Assembly: GCA_963778655.1 (NCBI GenBank)
Contig: CAVZVA010000012.1
Coordinates: 160,001-224,000 of the forward strand
DNA: 64,000 bases
Direction of reading: 5' to 3'
From: an uncultured delta proteobacterium
GTDB taxonomy: Bacteria; Myxococcota_A; Polyangia; Polyangiales; JAFGIB01
A program made the position numbers and the translations under genes. Every line of letters begins with the position of its first letter. Position 1 is the first letter of the stretch. Positions 32,037 to 43,812 of this stretch are shown here, piece after piece. The notes under the pieces are model-generated. The model saw only the letters and a list, made by a program, of their open reading frames with translations. It made no database searches and was not told the origin of the DNA.

Positions 32037-32465
32037 TTACAGGCCGCGCAGGTAGGGGGCGCGCGCTTGCTGCTTGGCGTCGCTGTTGGCGCCGGAGGTG
32101 CTTGCGGCCGGCGTCGCCGCGCTGCTCGGGGGCGGCTTCTCGGGCATGTCGTAGCCTTCGTCGCGCTGGTGGCCGACCATCGCGCCCACAATCGCGCCGA
32201 CCACGGTGCCGATCGCCGCACCGGCTGCGATCGAGCTGCCCTCGGACAGCGCGATGTCGCCCTTCGACCCGAGCAGGTTCTTGTCGCTGACCAGCACGCC
32301 CGTGCCGGCGCCCAGCGCCAGGCCGGTGGCCGCGCCGATCGCCGCGCCGCGCGTCACCTTGGCGCTGACGCAGCCGTCGAGCAGCAGCAGCGCGGTCAGG
32401 GTGGCGGCCATGCGGGCCGCGAGCCGGACATGAGGATGGGAAGTGCGGAGGCTGATGCTCATCAT
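32037..32465 (-). CDS. Glycine-zipper membrane lipoprotein
   Basis: LLDGC lipobox; GAAIGAATGLALGAGTG and GAAIGTVVGAIVGAMVG zippers; GGAGG RBS. Confidence 0.7.
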   Translation of the reverse strand: MMSISLRTSHPHVRLAARMAATLTALLLLDGCVSAKVTRGAAIGAATGLALGAGTGVLVSDKNLLGSKGDIALSEGSSIAAGAAIGTVVGAIVGAMVGHQRDEGYDMPEKPPPSSAATPAASTSGANSDAKQQARAPYLRGL

Positions 32466-32585
32466 GCTGGCTGCCTCCAGTATCACAAGGCGGCGGCGTC
32501 AGGAAGTGGGCTCGGTTGGCTCGGCGAAAAAGCCGCTTGTCCTGCGCGCTCAGCCCTGCGGCGGCCCGAGCAGGGGCGCGCCACC

Positions 32586-34127
<1,542 letters not shown>

Positions 34128-34310
34128 GCCGGTGCCCAGCTGTAGTTGTAGCTGCGCCCCGCCGCCACCGGCGCAAGTCCTGCCCAACGGCCAGGGGTCG
34201 GGCAACTCGGCCAGAGGTGGCCATGCCGGGCCCAGCAAATTGCTGTATGATAGTTAAAATTTACCAAAGCTGTGGGGTAGGGCGGTCGGTGTAGGGGTCG
34301 GGTGAAGCGG

Positions 34311-36461
34311 ATGCAGGGACGAACACGCACCTATGGCGGGCTGCGGTTGCTGGTCGGATTGGGCACCCTTGCCGCGGCGGGCTGGGGCTGTAGCGGCGGC
34401 GGAGCCGGCGCCAAGCGAGATGCCGGGGCCGGCAGGCCGACCGGCGAGATGCAAGGGTCGGCCGACGCCTCGGCGGTCGGGCAGGGTGACGGGGGCTCCA
34501 GCTCGTCCGGCACGGCGACCGACGCCGGCGGCGGATCTGGAGACGCCATGGCTGCGACGCTCGACGGCGGCGCGGACGCGTCGCAGCCGGTGCGCTGCGG
34601 AGACGGCGCGCTCGGGCAGGGCGAGGGCTGCGACGACGGCAACACGCGCGACGGGGACGGCTGCAGCGCGAGCTGCCAGCTGGAGGCCGGCTGGCAATGC
34701 CCCGCGCCGAACGCGCCGTGTAGCGAGGTCTGCGGCGACGGAATGGTGGTGGGCAGCGAGGCCTGCGACGACCAGAACCAGGTCGACGACGACTACTGCA
34801 GCAACGACTGCCGCAACCAGGGCAGCTGCGGCGACCAGCTGGTTCAGGCCGGCGCCGGTGAGGACTGCGACGACGGCAACGCGGTGACCGAGGCCTGTGC
34901 CTACAGCGACACCAGCTGCGTGGTATGCGCCGAGGATTGCAAGAAGGGGCCGGGCATCGTCAGCCAGTGCGGCGATGGCCAGATCGACGCCGACAGCGGC
35001 GAGCAATGCGACGATGGCAATGCCACGACCGAGACCTGCGACTACGGGCTGACGAGCTGCACGGTCTGTGACCAGGGCTGCCAGAACGCGGCCGGCGCGA
35101 CCAGCTACTGCGGCGACGGCGTCATCGACGTTGCGAACGGCGAGGAGTGCGACGACCACGGCACGACGTCCGGAGACGGTTGCGACGCGAGCTGCCACGT
35201 CGAGTACGTGGCGAGCTGCGGCAACGGGGTGGTGGATGCCAGCGCGGGCGAGACCTGCGACGACGGCAACACGGCCAACCTGGACGGCTGCAGCGCGGCC
35301 TGCAGGATCGAGAACGGCTGGACCTGTCCCACGGTCAACGCGCGCTGCGTGGAGACATGCGGCGATACGCTCGTGGTCGGCGACGAGGTGTGCGACGACG
35401 GCAACCAGGTCGACGACGACTACTGCAGCAACGACTGCCGCAGCAAGAGGCGCTGCGGCGACGGCACGACGCAGGCCGGCGCCGGGGAGCAATGCGATGA
35501 CGGCAATACCACGACCGAGAGTTGTGATTACCAGCTGACGAGCTGCACGGTGTGCGACTCGAGCTGTCACAATGCGGCCGGCGCGACCAGCTACTGCGGT
35601 GACGGCGTCGTCGACGCCGCGAACGGCGAGGAGTGCGAGCCGGGCAGCGACATCCGCTGCGGCAGCGACTGCAAGATCGACTGCGACACGGTGTACATCA
35701 CCTACGCCACGACCGGCAACTTGCAGCTCACCGGCACCACGCTGGGGCTGGGCGACGGCAACTACCCGCAGACCGGCGGCACGCTGATCGTGGGGCTGCG
35801 AGCGGGCCCCAGCGGTCCGATCGCGGGCAGCGGCGCGGTCGCGTACTACCGCTTCCCAATCGCGTTCACGCAGAACATCAACGCCGGCATTTTCGGCAGC
35901 GCGACGGTAGTCACCGACATCGTGGGCACCTCCAGCGTGTGCACCGGGGCTTCTCCCGGCACCTGCGTACCGGCGCCGGATTCCAGCAATCGCTGCTTCT
36001 TGGGCGCCGGAACGCTTGTGCTCTCTGCGGCGACCGGGTCGTTTCCGAATCTGCTGTCGTGGGGCGCCTGCCCGTATGGGGCACACCACGGGACCAACGA
36101 TTGGACCCCCGACGACCAGCAAGTGTCGATGGGCATGGGTCCGGGCTGTCTCGAGTACAGCTCGCAAGGCACGATCGATTGCAACGGCAGCCTGTGCGCC
36201 AACGCCGGGCTGACCTCGGGCGTGACCACGACGGTCGACGACCAGTGGGACCAGCCGGGCGCCACGCTCGAGTTCAGCGCCGACTTCAAGTCCGTGCGCT
36301 CGCGCGCGCTGGGCTTGAACAACGGCAACGGCGTCCCCAACGACAAGTTCGAGGTGCCCGAACGCATCGTCGCGCGCACCTGGATCAACTTCGACGGCAC
36401 CGAGACCGGCCGCAGCTGCGAGAGCAAGCCCACCAACTGTCCGCCGCCGGGCGCCTACTAA
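34311..36461 (+). CDS. Myxobacterial Cys-rich repeat (DUF4215-like) surface lipoprotein
   Basis: GWGC lipobox; many CGDG…ECDDGN…DGCSASC repeats; non-repetitive C-terminal domain. Confidence 0.82.
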   Translation: MQGRTRTYGGLRLLVGLGTLAAAGWGCSGGGAGAKRDAGAGRPTGEMQGSADASAVGQGDGGSSSSGTATDAGGGSGDAMAATLDGGADASQPVRCGDGALGQGEGCDDGNTRDGDGCSASCQLEAGWQCPAPNAPCSEVCGDGMVVGSEACDDQNQVDDDYCSNDCRNQGSCGDQLVQAGAGEDCDDGNAVTEACAYSDTSCVVCAEDCKKGPGIVSQCGDGQIDADSGEQCDDGNATTETCDYGLTSCTVCDQGCQNAAGATSYCGDGVIDVANGEECDDHGTTSGDGCDASCHVEYVASCGNGVVDASAGETCDDGNTANLDGCSAACRIENGWTCPTVNARCVETCGDTLVVGDEVCDDGNQVDDDYCSNDCRSKRRCGDGTTQAGAGEQCDDGNTTTESCDYQLTSCTVCDSSCHNAAGATSYCGDGVVDAANGEECEPGSDIRCGSDCKIDCDTVYITYATTGNLQLTGTTLGLGDGNYPQTGGTLIVGLRAGPSGPIAGSGAVAYYRFPIAFTQNINAGIFGSATVVTDIVGTSSVCTGASPGTCVPAPDSSNRCFLGAGTLVLSAATGSFPNLLSWGACPYGAHHGTNDWTPDDQQVSMGMGPGCLEYSSQGTIDCNGSLCANAGLTSGVTTTVDDQWDQPGATLEFSADFKSVRSRALGLNNGNGVPNDKFEVPERIVARTWINFDGTETGRSCESKPTNCPPPGAY

Positions 36462-36649
36462 ATCAGAGCTCGCGATTCGGGATCGAATCACAAACTCTGA
36501 TTTCTGCTTTGATTGTCAGGGAGTTGCGCCGACTCCCTGTGCGCGAGGCAAAGCCTCGCGCATTCACCCTCTCGCGGTGGTGCGGGATCCGCCGCACCGC
36601 TAAATGACCGATCGGCATGGCCGTTCCCGAATCGTGATCGGTCATTTGG
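36458..36649 (+). mobile_element. 192-bp multi-hairpin element, family B copy 1
   Basis: Near-identical reverse complement of 50720-50911; ends CTAAAT…ATTTGG; five internal stem-loops. Confidence 0.8.
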
Positions 36650-36675
36650 CGGCGCTCGGGACCTGCAGCAGGGAG

Positions 36676-37398
36676 CTACGTCAGGCGCAGGTCGGCGAGC
36701 AGGGGCAGGTGGTCCGAGAGCTCGGACCAGGGCTCGCCTTCGAGCCGCTCGGCGCGCACCACCTCGGCGTCGCGCACGTAGATCCGGTCGAGCGCGAACA
36801 CGGGCCGGCGCGCGTGCCAGGTGCGCACCGCCTGCGGATCGTGCGTTGCGAAGGCATTGCGGAAACCGAGATGGCCGACGATCAAAGGGTCGAGCTCGCG
36901 CCGCCAGTCGTTGAAGTCGCCGGCCAGCAGCACCGGCTCGCCTCGCCGGCACACCTCGCCGAGCACTGCCGCGATTTGCCGGACCTGGCTCAAGCGCTGC
37001 CAGCCGTTGAGGCCGAGGTGCACGTTGAACACGTGCAGCGGCTTGCCGTCGGCCGCGAGCCGCACGTAGAGCGCGCCGCGGCGCTCGATGCGGTTGGTGG
37101 AGATGTCGTGGTTGGCGAAGCGTTCGACCTTGAGCCGCGTGAGCGTGGTGTTGCCGTGGTGCCCGATCGCCCGGAATTTGTTGGCGCCGTAGTAGCTTTC
37201 CAGACCCATCGCTTCGGCCAGGTGGCCGCTCTGCGAGGCCCCGGTGTGGCTCGAGTGAAATACCTCCTGGCACAACACGACGTCAGCGTCATGCGCAGCC
37301 AGCGCGCGGCCCAGCGCCGCCATCTGCACCGCGGCGCGTCCGTTGGCTCCCTTGCCCTTGCGGATGTTGTACGTAATCACGCGCACTTGGGCGACCAC
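36676..37398 (-). CDS. Endonuclease/exonuclease/phosphatase-family protein (YbhP-like)
   Basis: ITYNIRKG, LCQEV, NVHLGL, AGDFNDW, LDRIY and LSDHLPL motifs. Confidence 0.88.
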   Translation of the reverse strand: MVAQVRVITYNIRKGKGANGRAAVQMAALGRALAAHDADVVLCQEVFHSSHTGASQSGHLAEAMGLESYYGANKFRAIGHHGNTTLTRLKVERFANHDISTNRIERRGALYVRLAADGKPLHVFNVHLGLNGWQRLSQVRQIAAVLGEVCRRGEPVLLAGDFNDWRRELDPLIVGHLGFRNAFATHDPQAVRTWHARRPVFALDRIYVRDAEVVRAERLEGEPWSELSDHLPLLADLRLT

Positions 37399-37424
37399 GG
37401 GACGACTTCTGCTGGTTGCTGCGG

Positions 37425-37593
37425 CTAGTACCTCGCCACAGGGGATCTGATCGGTCGATGGCGCAGGGTTTCGGCCTCGTGGCAAGGCGCGCGGGCGCAG
37501 GAATACTCGACTGCATTTCAAGCCCGCGCAACGCCGCCACGGGGTCGAAGAACAAGCCAGGAACCGGCCAAGTCCCCTGTGTCGAGGTACCAG
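37425..37593. mobile_element. CTAG-bounded palindromic element, family A copy 2
   Basis: TIRs CTAGTACCTCGCCACAGGGGA…TCCCCTGTGTCGAGGTACCAG; core GCAAGGCG…GCAGGAATAC…ATTTCAAG…CAACGC as in 7277-7442. Confidence 0.75.
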
Positions 37594-37727
37594 GAGACGT
37601 GTCGAAGTATAAGCACGGAGCGGGCCCGCGGCGAGAGCGAATGCGGGTACCCTGGCCGGGCTGGGGCGAGAAGCGGTACGCAACCCTGCCCCCTGCCCGG
37701 CGAAGCCCGGACACCTACGGTCGCCAG

Positions 37728-38846
37728 ATGCCACACGCGATGTTGCCCGGCAATCGGGTCGAGCTGCTGCACGATGGCGACGCGTGTCTGTCCGCGATGC
37801 TGCGAGCGATCGAAGGCGCGCGACGCGAGGTGCTGCTGGAGATGTACTGGTTCGGCTCGGACCAGACCGGCACTCGCTTCGCCCGCGCGCTGCAGGCCAA
37901 GGCACGCGAGGGCGTGCGGGTGTGCGTGAGCTTCGACGCGCTGGGCAGCTTCGAGACCGACCGCGGCATGTTCGAGCGGATGCGGTGCGACGGCTGCGAT
38001 GTGTACGAGTTCAATCCGGTGCGCCTGTTGCGCGGGAGCGTGAGCTTTGCCGGGCTGAACCGGCGCGATCACCGCAAGCTGTTGGTGGTGGACGGTCGGG
38101 TCGGATTCACCGGCGGGGTCAATCTGGCCGATCCCTGGGCCTCGGAGGCGGCCGGCGGCCAGGGCTTTCGCGACGACGCGGTCTCGATCGAGGGGCCGGC
38201 GGTGCCGGCCATGCGCGCGATCTTCCTGCGGTCCTTCCGCGGTGCGCTGCGCGAGCAGGCGCTCGCCGATCCCTTGGGCGGCGGCGAGCCGGTCGGCCAG
38301 AGCCGCGTGCGTGTGATGACCAACGAGCGGCGTGAGGACAGGCACCTGATCGAGCGCGCCTACCTGCACCGGATCCGCACCGCGCGCGAGCGTATCCTGA
38401 TCACCAACAGCTATTTCATTCCGGGGCGCCTGGTCAGGCGCGCGCTGAGGGACGCCGTGCGGCGCGGAATCAAGGTGCGGGTGCTGTTGCCGGTCGAGAG
38501 CGACGTGCCGATCGTCACCTATGCCACCCATCGCCTCTACGGGTCGCTGCTCAAGCGCGGCGTCGAGCTCTACGAGTGGAGCCAGAGCATCCTGCACGCC
38601 AAGACCGCGGTCGTCGATGGCCGCTGGTGTACCGTCGGCACGTACAACCTCGACTACCGTTCTTGGGCCTACAACCTCGAGATCAACGTTGCGATCGAGG
38701 ATCCGGCCGTCGCGGGCCAGCTCGAAGCGCGCACCCAGCGCGACATGGACCAGTCGGTGCGTGTGGACGCGTACACCTGGCGCTTCCGCCCGCTCGGCGT
38801 GCGCGTGCTCGAGGAGCTCTCCTATCGCTTCCGGCGCGTGCTGTGA
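37728..38846 (+). CDS. clsB: Cardiolipin synthase ClsB-like (phospholipase D family)
   Basis: Two HKD motifs (DHRKLLVVD, LHAKTAVVD); no N-terminal TM segment; adjacent to a ybhP-like gene. Confidence 0.8.
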   Translation: MPHAMLPGNRVELLHDGDACLSAMLRAIEGARREVLLEMYWFGSDQTGTRFARALQAKAREGVRVCVSFDALGSFETDRGMFERMRCDGCDVYEFNPVRLLRGSVSFAGLNRRDHRKLLVVDGRVGFTGGVNLADPWASEAAGGQGFRDDAVSIEGPAVPAMRAIFLRSFRGALREQALADPLGGGEPVGQSRVRVMTNERREDRHLIERAYLHRIRTARERILITNSYFIPGRLVRRALRDAVRRGIKVRVLLPVESDVPIVTYATHRLYGSLLKRGVELYEWSQSILHAKTAVVDGRWCTVGTYNLDYRSWAYNLEINVAIEDPAVAGQLEARTQRDMDQSVRVDAYTWRFRPLGVRVLEELSYRFRRVL

Positions 38847-38869
38847 GCGGGGCGGCCGGGAGCGTGAAT

Positions 38870-38929
38870 CAGGAAGGCGGGAAGACGGGAAAATTGTTGG
38901 AACAAGCGTCTTCCCGCCCTGCCGTGATC
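38870..38929. repeat. Short palindromic repeat family C
   Basis: CAGGAAGGCGGGAAGACGGGAA…CGTCTTCCCGCCCTGCCGTGA. Confidence 0.65.
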
Positions 38930-38952
38930 CGCCGAGATCGAGGCTGCCAGCC

Positions 38953-40863
38953 TCAGGCTGCCCTGGAGCCGCCGTCGCCTTCCTCGAACTCGGCGTCGAT
39001 GACGTCGTCCTGCTTCTTGTCGGCCGCGGCGGGGCCGCCATCCTCGGGCGTGCCGGGCTGTCCGGCCGTGGCGTAGGCCTGCTGGGCGATCTCGGTCATC
39101 AGCTTTTCCAGCTTCTCGCTGCCGCGCGCGATGGCTTCGTGCTCCTGCTTGTCGATCGCCGCGCGCAGCTCCGTGACCACCCCGCGCGCCTCGGCCACCT
39201 TGTCGGCCGGCAGCTTGTCCTTGCCTTCCTCCAGCGCCTTCTCCACCTGGTAGCACAACTGGTCGGCCCGGTTGCGCTGCTCGATCTGCTCGCGCCGCTG
39301 TTTGTCCTCGGCCTCGTGCTGCTTGCCTTCCTCGACCATCTTGTCGACCTCGCTGTCGGACAAGCCGCTGTTGGCCGTGATCGTGATCTTCTGGTCCTTG
39401 CCCGTGGCCTCGTCGCGCGCCGTCACCGACAGGATCCCGTTGGCGTCGATGTCGAAGGTCACCTTCACCTTGGGCACCCCTCGCGGCGCCGGCAGGATGC
39501 CCTCCAGGTGGAAGCGCCCCAGCGTACGGTTGCTGCGCGCCTCGGCGCGCTCACCCTGCAGCACGTGGATCTCCACCTTCGTCTGCCCGTCCTCGGCCGT
39601 CGAGAAGGCCTCCTCGCGCCGCGTCGGGATGGTGGTGTTGCGCGGGATCAGCGCCGTCATCACCCCGCCCAGCGTCTCGACCCCCAGCGACAGCGGCGTC
39701 ACGTCCAGCAGCACCATGTCCTTGACGTCGCCCGACAGCACCCCGGCCTGCACCGCCGCTCCAATCGCCACCACCTCGTCGGGGTTGACGCCCTTGTGCG
39801 GTTCCTTGCCGAAGAACTTCTTGACCGACTCCTGCACCATCGGGATGCGCGTGCTGCCCCCGACCAGCACCACCTCGTCGATCTCCCCAGGCCGCTTGTT
39901 GGCGTCCGCCAGTGCCTTCTTGGTCGGCTCCAGCGTGCGCTGCACCAAGTCCTCGATCATCTGTTCCAGCTTCGCCCGCGTCAGCTTCAGGTTCAGGTGC
40001 TTGGGTCCCGACGCGTCCGCGGTCAGAAACGGCAGGTTGATCGTCGTCTCCAGCTTGCTCGAGAGCTCGATCTTCGCCTTCTCCGCCGCGTCCTTGAGCC
40101 GCTGGACCACCATCTTGTCGCTGCGGACGTCGATCCCCTGGTCCTTCTTGAACTCCGCTACCAGGTAGTCGATCACCCGGTTGTCCACGTCGTCGCCTCC
40201 CAGCGAGGTGTCGCCGTTGGTGCTGATCACCTGCACCACGTTGTCGCTCACCTCCAGGATCGAGATGTCGAACGTGCCGCCCCCGAAGTCGTAGACCGCG
40301 ATCACCTCCTCGTTCTTCTTGTCCAACCCGTACGCCAGCGCCGCCGCCGTCGGCTCGTTCACGATGCGCTTGACCTCCAGCCCCGCGATCTTGCCCGCGT
40401 CCTTGGTCGCCTGCCGCTGGCTGTCGTTGAAGTACGCCGGGACCGTGATCACCGCCTCCGTGACCTCTTCCCCCAGGTAGTTCTCCGCCGCTCGCTTGAG
40501 CTTGCGCAGAACGTGTGCGCTCACTTCCGGCGGGCTCACCTGCTTGCCACGCACCTCGAACGCGCAGTCGCCGTTGTCTCGCCGAACCACCTTGAACGGC
40601 ACCCGCTTGAAGTCGTCGGGCTGCACCTCGTCGTAGCGCCGTCCGATGAAGCGCTTGGCCGAGTAGATCGTGCCCTCCGGGTTCGTGATCGCCTGCCGCT
40701 TCGCGATCTGACCCGCCAGCACCTCCCCCTGCTCGTCCCACGCCACCACCGACGGCGTGATCCGGTCCCCCTCCTCGTTGACGATCACCTTGGGCTCCTT
40801 GCCCTCCATGATCGCCACCACCGAGTTCGTGGTCCCCAGGTCGATGCCGATGATCTTTCCCAT
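38953..40863 (-). CDS. dnaK: Molecular chaperone DnaK
   Basis: [35 protein letters not shown] and C-terminal DVIDAEFEE. Confidence 0.97.
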   Translation of the reverse strand: MGKIIGIDLGTTNSVVAIMEGKEPKVIVNEEGDRITPSVVAWDEQGEVLAGQIAKRQAITNPEGTIYSAKRFIGRRYDEVQPDDFKRVPFKVVRRDNGDCAFEVRGKQVSPPEVSAHVLRKLKRAAENYLGEEVTEAVITVPAYFNDSQRQATKDAGKIAGLEVKRIVNEPTAAALAYGLDKKNEEVIAVYDFGGGTFDISILEVSDNVVQVISTNGDTSLGGDDVDNRVIDYLVAEFKKDQGIDVRSDKMVVQRLKDAAEKAKIELSSKLETTINLPFLTADASGPKHLNLKLTRAKLEQMIEDLVQRTLEPTKKALADANKRPGEIDEVVLVGGSTRIPMVQESVKKFFGKEPHKGVNPDEVVAIGAAVQAGVLSGDVKDMVLLDVTPLSLGVETLGGVMTALIPRNTTIPTRREEAFSTAEDGQTKVEIHVLQGERAEARSNRTLGRFHLEGILPAPRGVPKVKVTFDIDANGILSVTARDEATGKDQKITITANSGLSDSEVDKMVEEGKQHEAEDKQRREQIEQRNRADQLCYQVEKALEEGKDKLPADKVAEARGVVTELRAAIDKQEHEAIARGSEKLEKLMTEIAQQAYATAGQPGTPEDGGPAAADKKQDDVIDAEFEEGDGGSRAA

Positions 40864-40980
40864 GTGCGTGCTCCTACAGGTTGAACGTCAGCACTGGCGC
40901 CGGGCCCTCCTGCCCGCGCGTTCGTGCTGCGATTTTGATGGCCACCGCGGCGCCCACTGCCTCCGCCGTTACCGAATTTC

Positions 40981-41008
40981 AAGCTAATCAGTGTCCCCAG
41001 AAGGTCAA
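40981..41008 (-). promoter_or_regulatory. Putative sigma70-type promoter of dnaK
   Basis: Minus strand TTGACC-N16-TAGCTT. Confidence 0.35.
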
Positions 41009-41120
41009 GGGGCAGGCGCTGCGTAGCGGCAGCGCCGAAGGTTGCGCGGGCCGAGGTCGTGTCTAGCTTGATGGGTATCCACCGCGGCCGGTCCCGGCCG
41101 CTCGAAAGGAGGAACCCAAA

Positions 41121-41594
41121 ATGGCCCTACTATCGAAGAGAGAAGAGCGCACCTGGGACCCGTTCCGGGAGCTGCGCGACATGTCTGATCGGCTCAACCG
41201 CGTATTTGCCGGCGACCCGTTCATGCTGCGCGGTCAGGGCGAAGGTCAGACCCTGGCCGGAATCGACTGGGCGCCCTCAGTGAACATCAGCGAGAACGAC
41301 AAGGCGTACCTCGTGCGCGCCGACTTGCCCGAGGTCAAGAAGGAAGACGTCAAGCTCAGCTGCGAGAAGGGCGTGCTGACGATCGAGGGCGAGCGCAAGC
41401 AGCAGAAGACCGAGGAGAACGAGCGTTTTCACCGCGTCGAGAGCAGCTACGGCCGCTTCATGCGTAGCTTCACGCTTCCCGACGAAGTCGACGAGAACGC
41501 AATCGAGGCCAACTTCAAGGACGGCAGCTTGACCGTGCGCATCCCGAAGGCACCGGCCAAGCCGCCCAAGATGCGCCAGATCAAGATCGGCTGA
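41121..41594 (+). CDS. Small heat-shock protein (Hsp20)
   Basis: WAPSVNI…DLPEV…GVLTIEGERK…YGRFMRSFTLP…FKDGSLTVRIPK; AGGAGG RBS. Confidence 0.95.
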   Translation: MALLSKREERTWDPFRELRDMSDRLNRVFAGDPFMLRGQGEGQTLAGIDWAPSVNISENDKAYLVRADLPEVKKEDVKLSCEKGVLTIEGERKQQKTEENERFHRVESSYGRFMRSFTLPDEVDENAIEANFKDGSLTVRIPKAPAKPPKMRQIKIG

Positions 41595-41674
41595 GCGCCG
41601 GCGGCCAAGCGGCCGGCGGGCTCCCACCGCGCTGTCGTTGCGGGAGGGTCGCCGCCCTCTCGCCGGGAGCCGGG

Positions 41675-42103
41675 TCAGGCGGCCGGCCGCACACAGAGCA
41701 CCGGGCAGCCGGCGTGGTGGAGCACGTGCTCGGCCACTCGCCCCATCAGTCCGGGCACACATGGCGAGCTGCCGCGGGTGCCAATTGCGATCAGGTCGTA
41801 GTGGTGATCGCGGGCGTACGCGCAGATCGTCGGCCCCGGGCGATCCTCCGCAAGCACGATCGTGGTGCGTGCCGCCGCGCCCGAGCGAAGCAGGCGTGAG
41901 CGCATCTCGTCGATCCGGGCCTGAATCTCACCGACCCGCAGCGGGGCCTGGCTGCGGTGTGCGGACCGCGCGTCGCGCACGTGCAGCACGGTCAGCTTGG
42001 GCTCGAACGCCACGGCCAGCGCCTGGACGGCTCCAAACACGGCTTCGGAGGGAGGCGAGAGGTCAGTCGCGATCAGGATTCTGTCCAGCCACAGCGCAGT
42101 CAT
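41675..42103 (-). CDS. Universal stress protein
   Basis: ILIATDLS…DLIAIGTRG…GRVAEHVLHHAGCPVL. Confidence 0.85.
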   Translation of the reverse strand: MTALWLDRILIATDLSPPSEAVFGAVQALAVAFEPKLTVLHVRDARSAHRSQAPLRVGEIQARIDEMRSRLLRSGAAARTTIVLAEDRPGPTICAYARDHHYDLIAIGTRGSSPCVPGLMGRVAEHVLHHAGCPVLCVRPAA

Positions 42104-42233
42104 CGGCTTGCAAGGCTGTAGCTACGCGCACTTGGGTGTCTGGCAACTGCGGCGAGGTGCCCGTACCGTCGTTGCGCCGCCGCTGGAGTCGGGACAAGAT
42201 GGCCGCGCCCACGAGCGGGCCGGCGAGGCTTCC

Positions 42234-42686
42234 ATGATATCCATCAAGACCATTCTTTGCCCGACCGACTTTTCCGATTGCTCCGGCGCGGCGCTCGCGC
42301 TGGCCACCGACCTGGCCAAGTCGCTGGGCGCGAAGTTGCACGTGCTGCACGTGTTTCAACTTCCGTCGTACGTGGGCTGGGAGGACGGCATGGTCGTGGC
42401 CGCCGCTTCGCTCCAGATCTTGGACCAGCTGCGCAAGCGCGCCGACGAGGCACTCGCCGCGCAGCTGGACGCCTGTCGCAAGGCCGGCGTCGAGGCGAGC
42501 GTGGAGCAGGTCGACGGCCTGCCCTATCACCAGATCGTGCAGCGCTCGCCCAGCTTCGACCTGGTGGTGATGGGCACCCACGGGCGCACCGGGCTGCCGC
42601 GCCTGATGCTTGGCAGCGTCGCCGAGCGCGTGGTCCGCCTCGCCAAGTGCCCGGTCATCACGGTGCCGGCCCCGGCGAAGGGCTGA
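42234..42686 (+). CDS. Universal stress protein
   Basis: ILCPTDFS…DLVVMGTHGRTG…LGSVAERVVR. Confidence 0.92.
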   Translation: MISIKTILCPTDFSDCSGAALALATDLAKSLGAKLHVLHVFQLPSYVGWEDGMVVAAASLQILDQLRKRADEALAAQLDACRKAGVEASVEQVDGLPYHQIVQRSPSFDLVVMGTHGRTGLPRLMLGSVAERVVRLAKCPVITVPAPAKG

Positions 42687-42707
42687 ACACCTTCCCGGCG
42701 GATGCGA

Positions 42708-43157
42708 CTACGGCTCGACGCCCGCGCGCAGGGTGAGCACCGGTACCGAGCAGGCCCGCACCGTGCGCTCGGCGACGCTGCCGAGCGTCCAGCGCGACAG
42801 GCCGGTGCGCCCGTGGGTGCCCATCACCACCAGGTCGAAACCGCGTTCGGCAGCGACTTCCGCGATCTCGCGCCCGGGGTTGCCGTCGACCAGCAGGGTG
42901 TGGATCTCGCCGCCGCGGGCCCGCAAGGAGGCCGCGGTCTGCTCCAGGCGCGCGGCCAACCTCTCCTTGAGGCGGCGCTCGAATTCCGGATCGTCGGGGA
43001 CCACGTCCGGCGCCAGCGCGTAGGCCAGCAGCGGGCACACGTGCAGCACGTGCACCTCGGCGCCCAGCAGGTTTCCGAGGTCCGCCGCCTCCTCCACCGC
43101 CTTGAGCGATAGCTCCGAGAAATCGGTCGGCGCGAGAATCTTCTTGATGCCGGTCAT
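42708..43157 (-). CDS. Universal stress protein
   Basis: ILAPTDFS…DLVVMGTHGRTG…LGSVAERTVR. Confidence 0.92.
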   Translation of the reverse strand: MTGIKKILAPTDFSELSLKAVEEAADLGNLLGAEVHVLHVCPLLAYALAPDVVPDDPEFERRLKERLAARLEQTAASLRARGGEIHTLLVDGNPGREIAEVAAERGFDLVVMGTHGRTGLSRWTLGSVAERTVRACSVPVLTLRAGVEP

Positions 43158-43261
43158 GTTCCTCCCATCGAGCCCGCCGCTCGGTGCCCAATCGATTATA
43201 AGCCCCGGTCAGGCGACGTCATGTGCAGATCCGGGACTGGACCGCTGGCGTACACCGCGGA

Positions 43262-43702
43262 CTACTTGGCCGGCACCGTGAGCACCGGACGCGTCGCGGT
43301 GCGCAGGACCCGATCGGTCACGCTACCCAGGAGCAGGCGAGCGACGCGACTGTGTCCGTGGCTGCCCAGCACGATCAGGTCGACCCCCAGACGCTGCGCG
43401 CTGGCGTTGATGACCTCGTGAGGCACCCCGACCGCCAGCTCGGTGCGGATGGTCACGCCCGGCGTCGCCAGCTCGTCCTTGAGCTGCGCGAGCCTCTGCT
43501 TGAGGTCGTGCCGCAGAGCCTGGGGCAGCTCCTCCACGCGCTGCGGCGCGTGGACGTCGGCCTGGTGCAGCGGGACGTGGTGCACGTGCAGCAGCTCGAT
43601 CTCGGCATTCTGGGGTTGCGCAAGGCTGATCGCATAGCGCGCCGCGACCCGCGCGGTTTCGGAGAAGTCGGTCGGGCAAAGGACCTTCTTGAGCTGTCGC
43701 AT
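43262..43702 (-). CDS. Universal stress protein
   Basis: VLCPTDFS…DLIVLGSHGHS…LGSVTDRVLR. Confidence 0.9.
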   Translation of the reverse strand: MRQLKKVLCPTDFSETARVAARYAISLAQPQNAEIELLHVHHVPLHQADVHAPQRVEELPQALRHDLKQRLAQLKDELATPGVTIRTELAVGVPHEVINASAQRLGVDLIVLGSHGHSRVARLLLGSVTDRVLRTATRPVLTVPAK

Positions 43703-43812
43703 ACGTTCACCTGTCCACGCCTGTGAATATAAGCCCGCGCCCGGCCGCTGTCGCCGGCCTGCCCGCGCGGGACGACCCGGGCAGCCCTCTATCACGGTTC
43801 CGAGCCGGGTGC

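Noticed and set aside
40864..41120. CIRCE, HAIR or sigma32 heat-shock elements between dnaK and hsp20
   Set aside because: No TTAGCACTC-N9-GAGTGCTAA or CTTGAGT-N7-ACTCAAG; CTTGAAA is present on the minus strand but without a CCCCAT -10 box.
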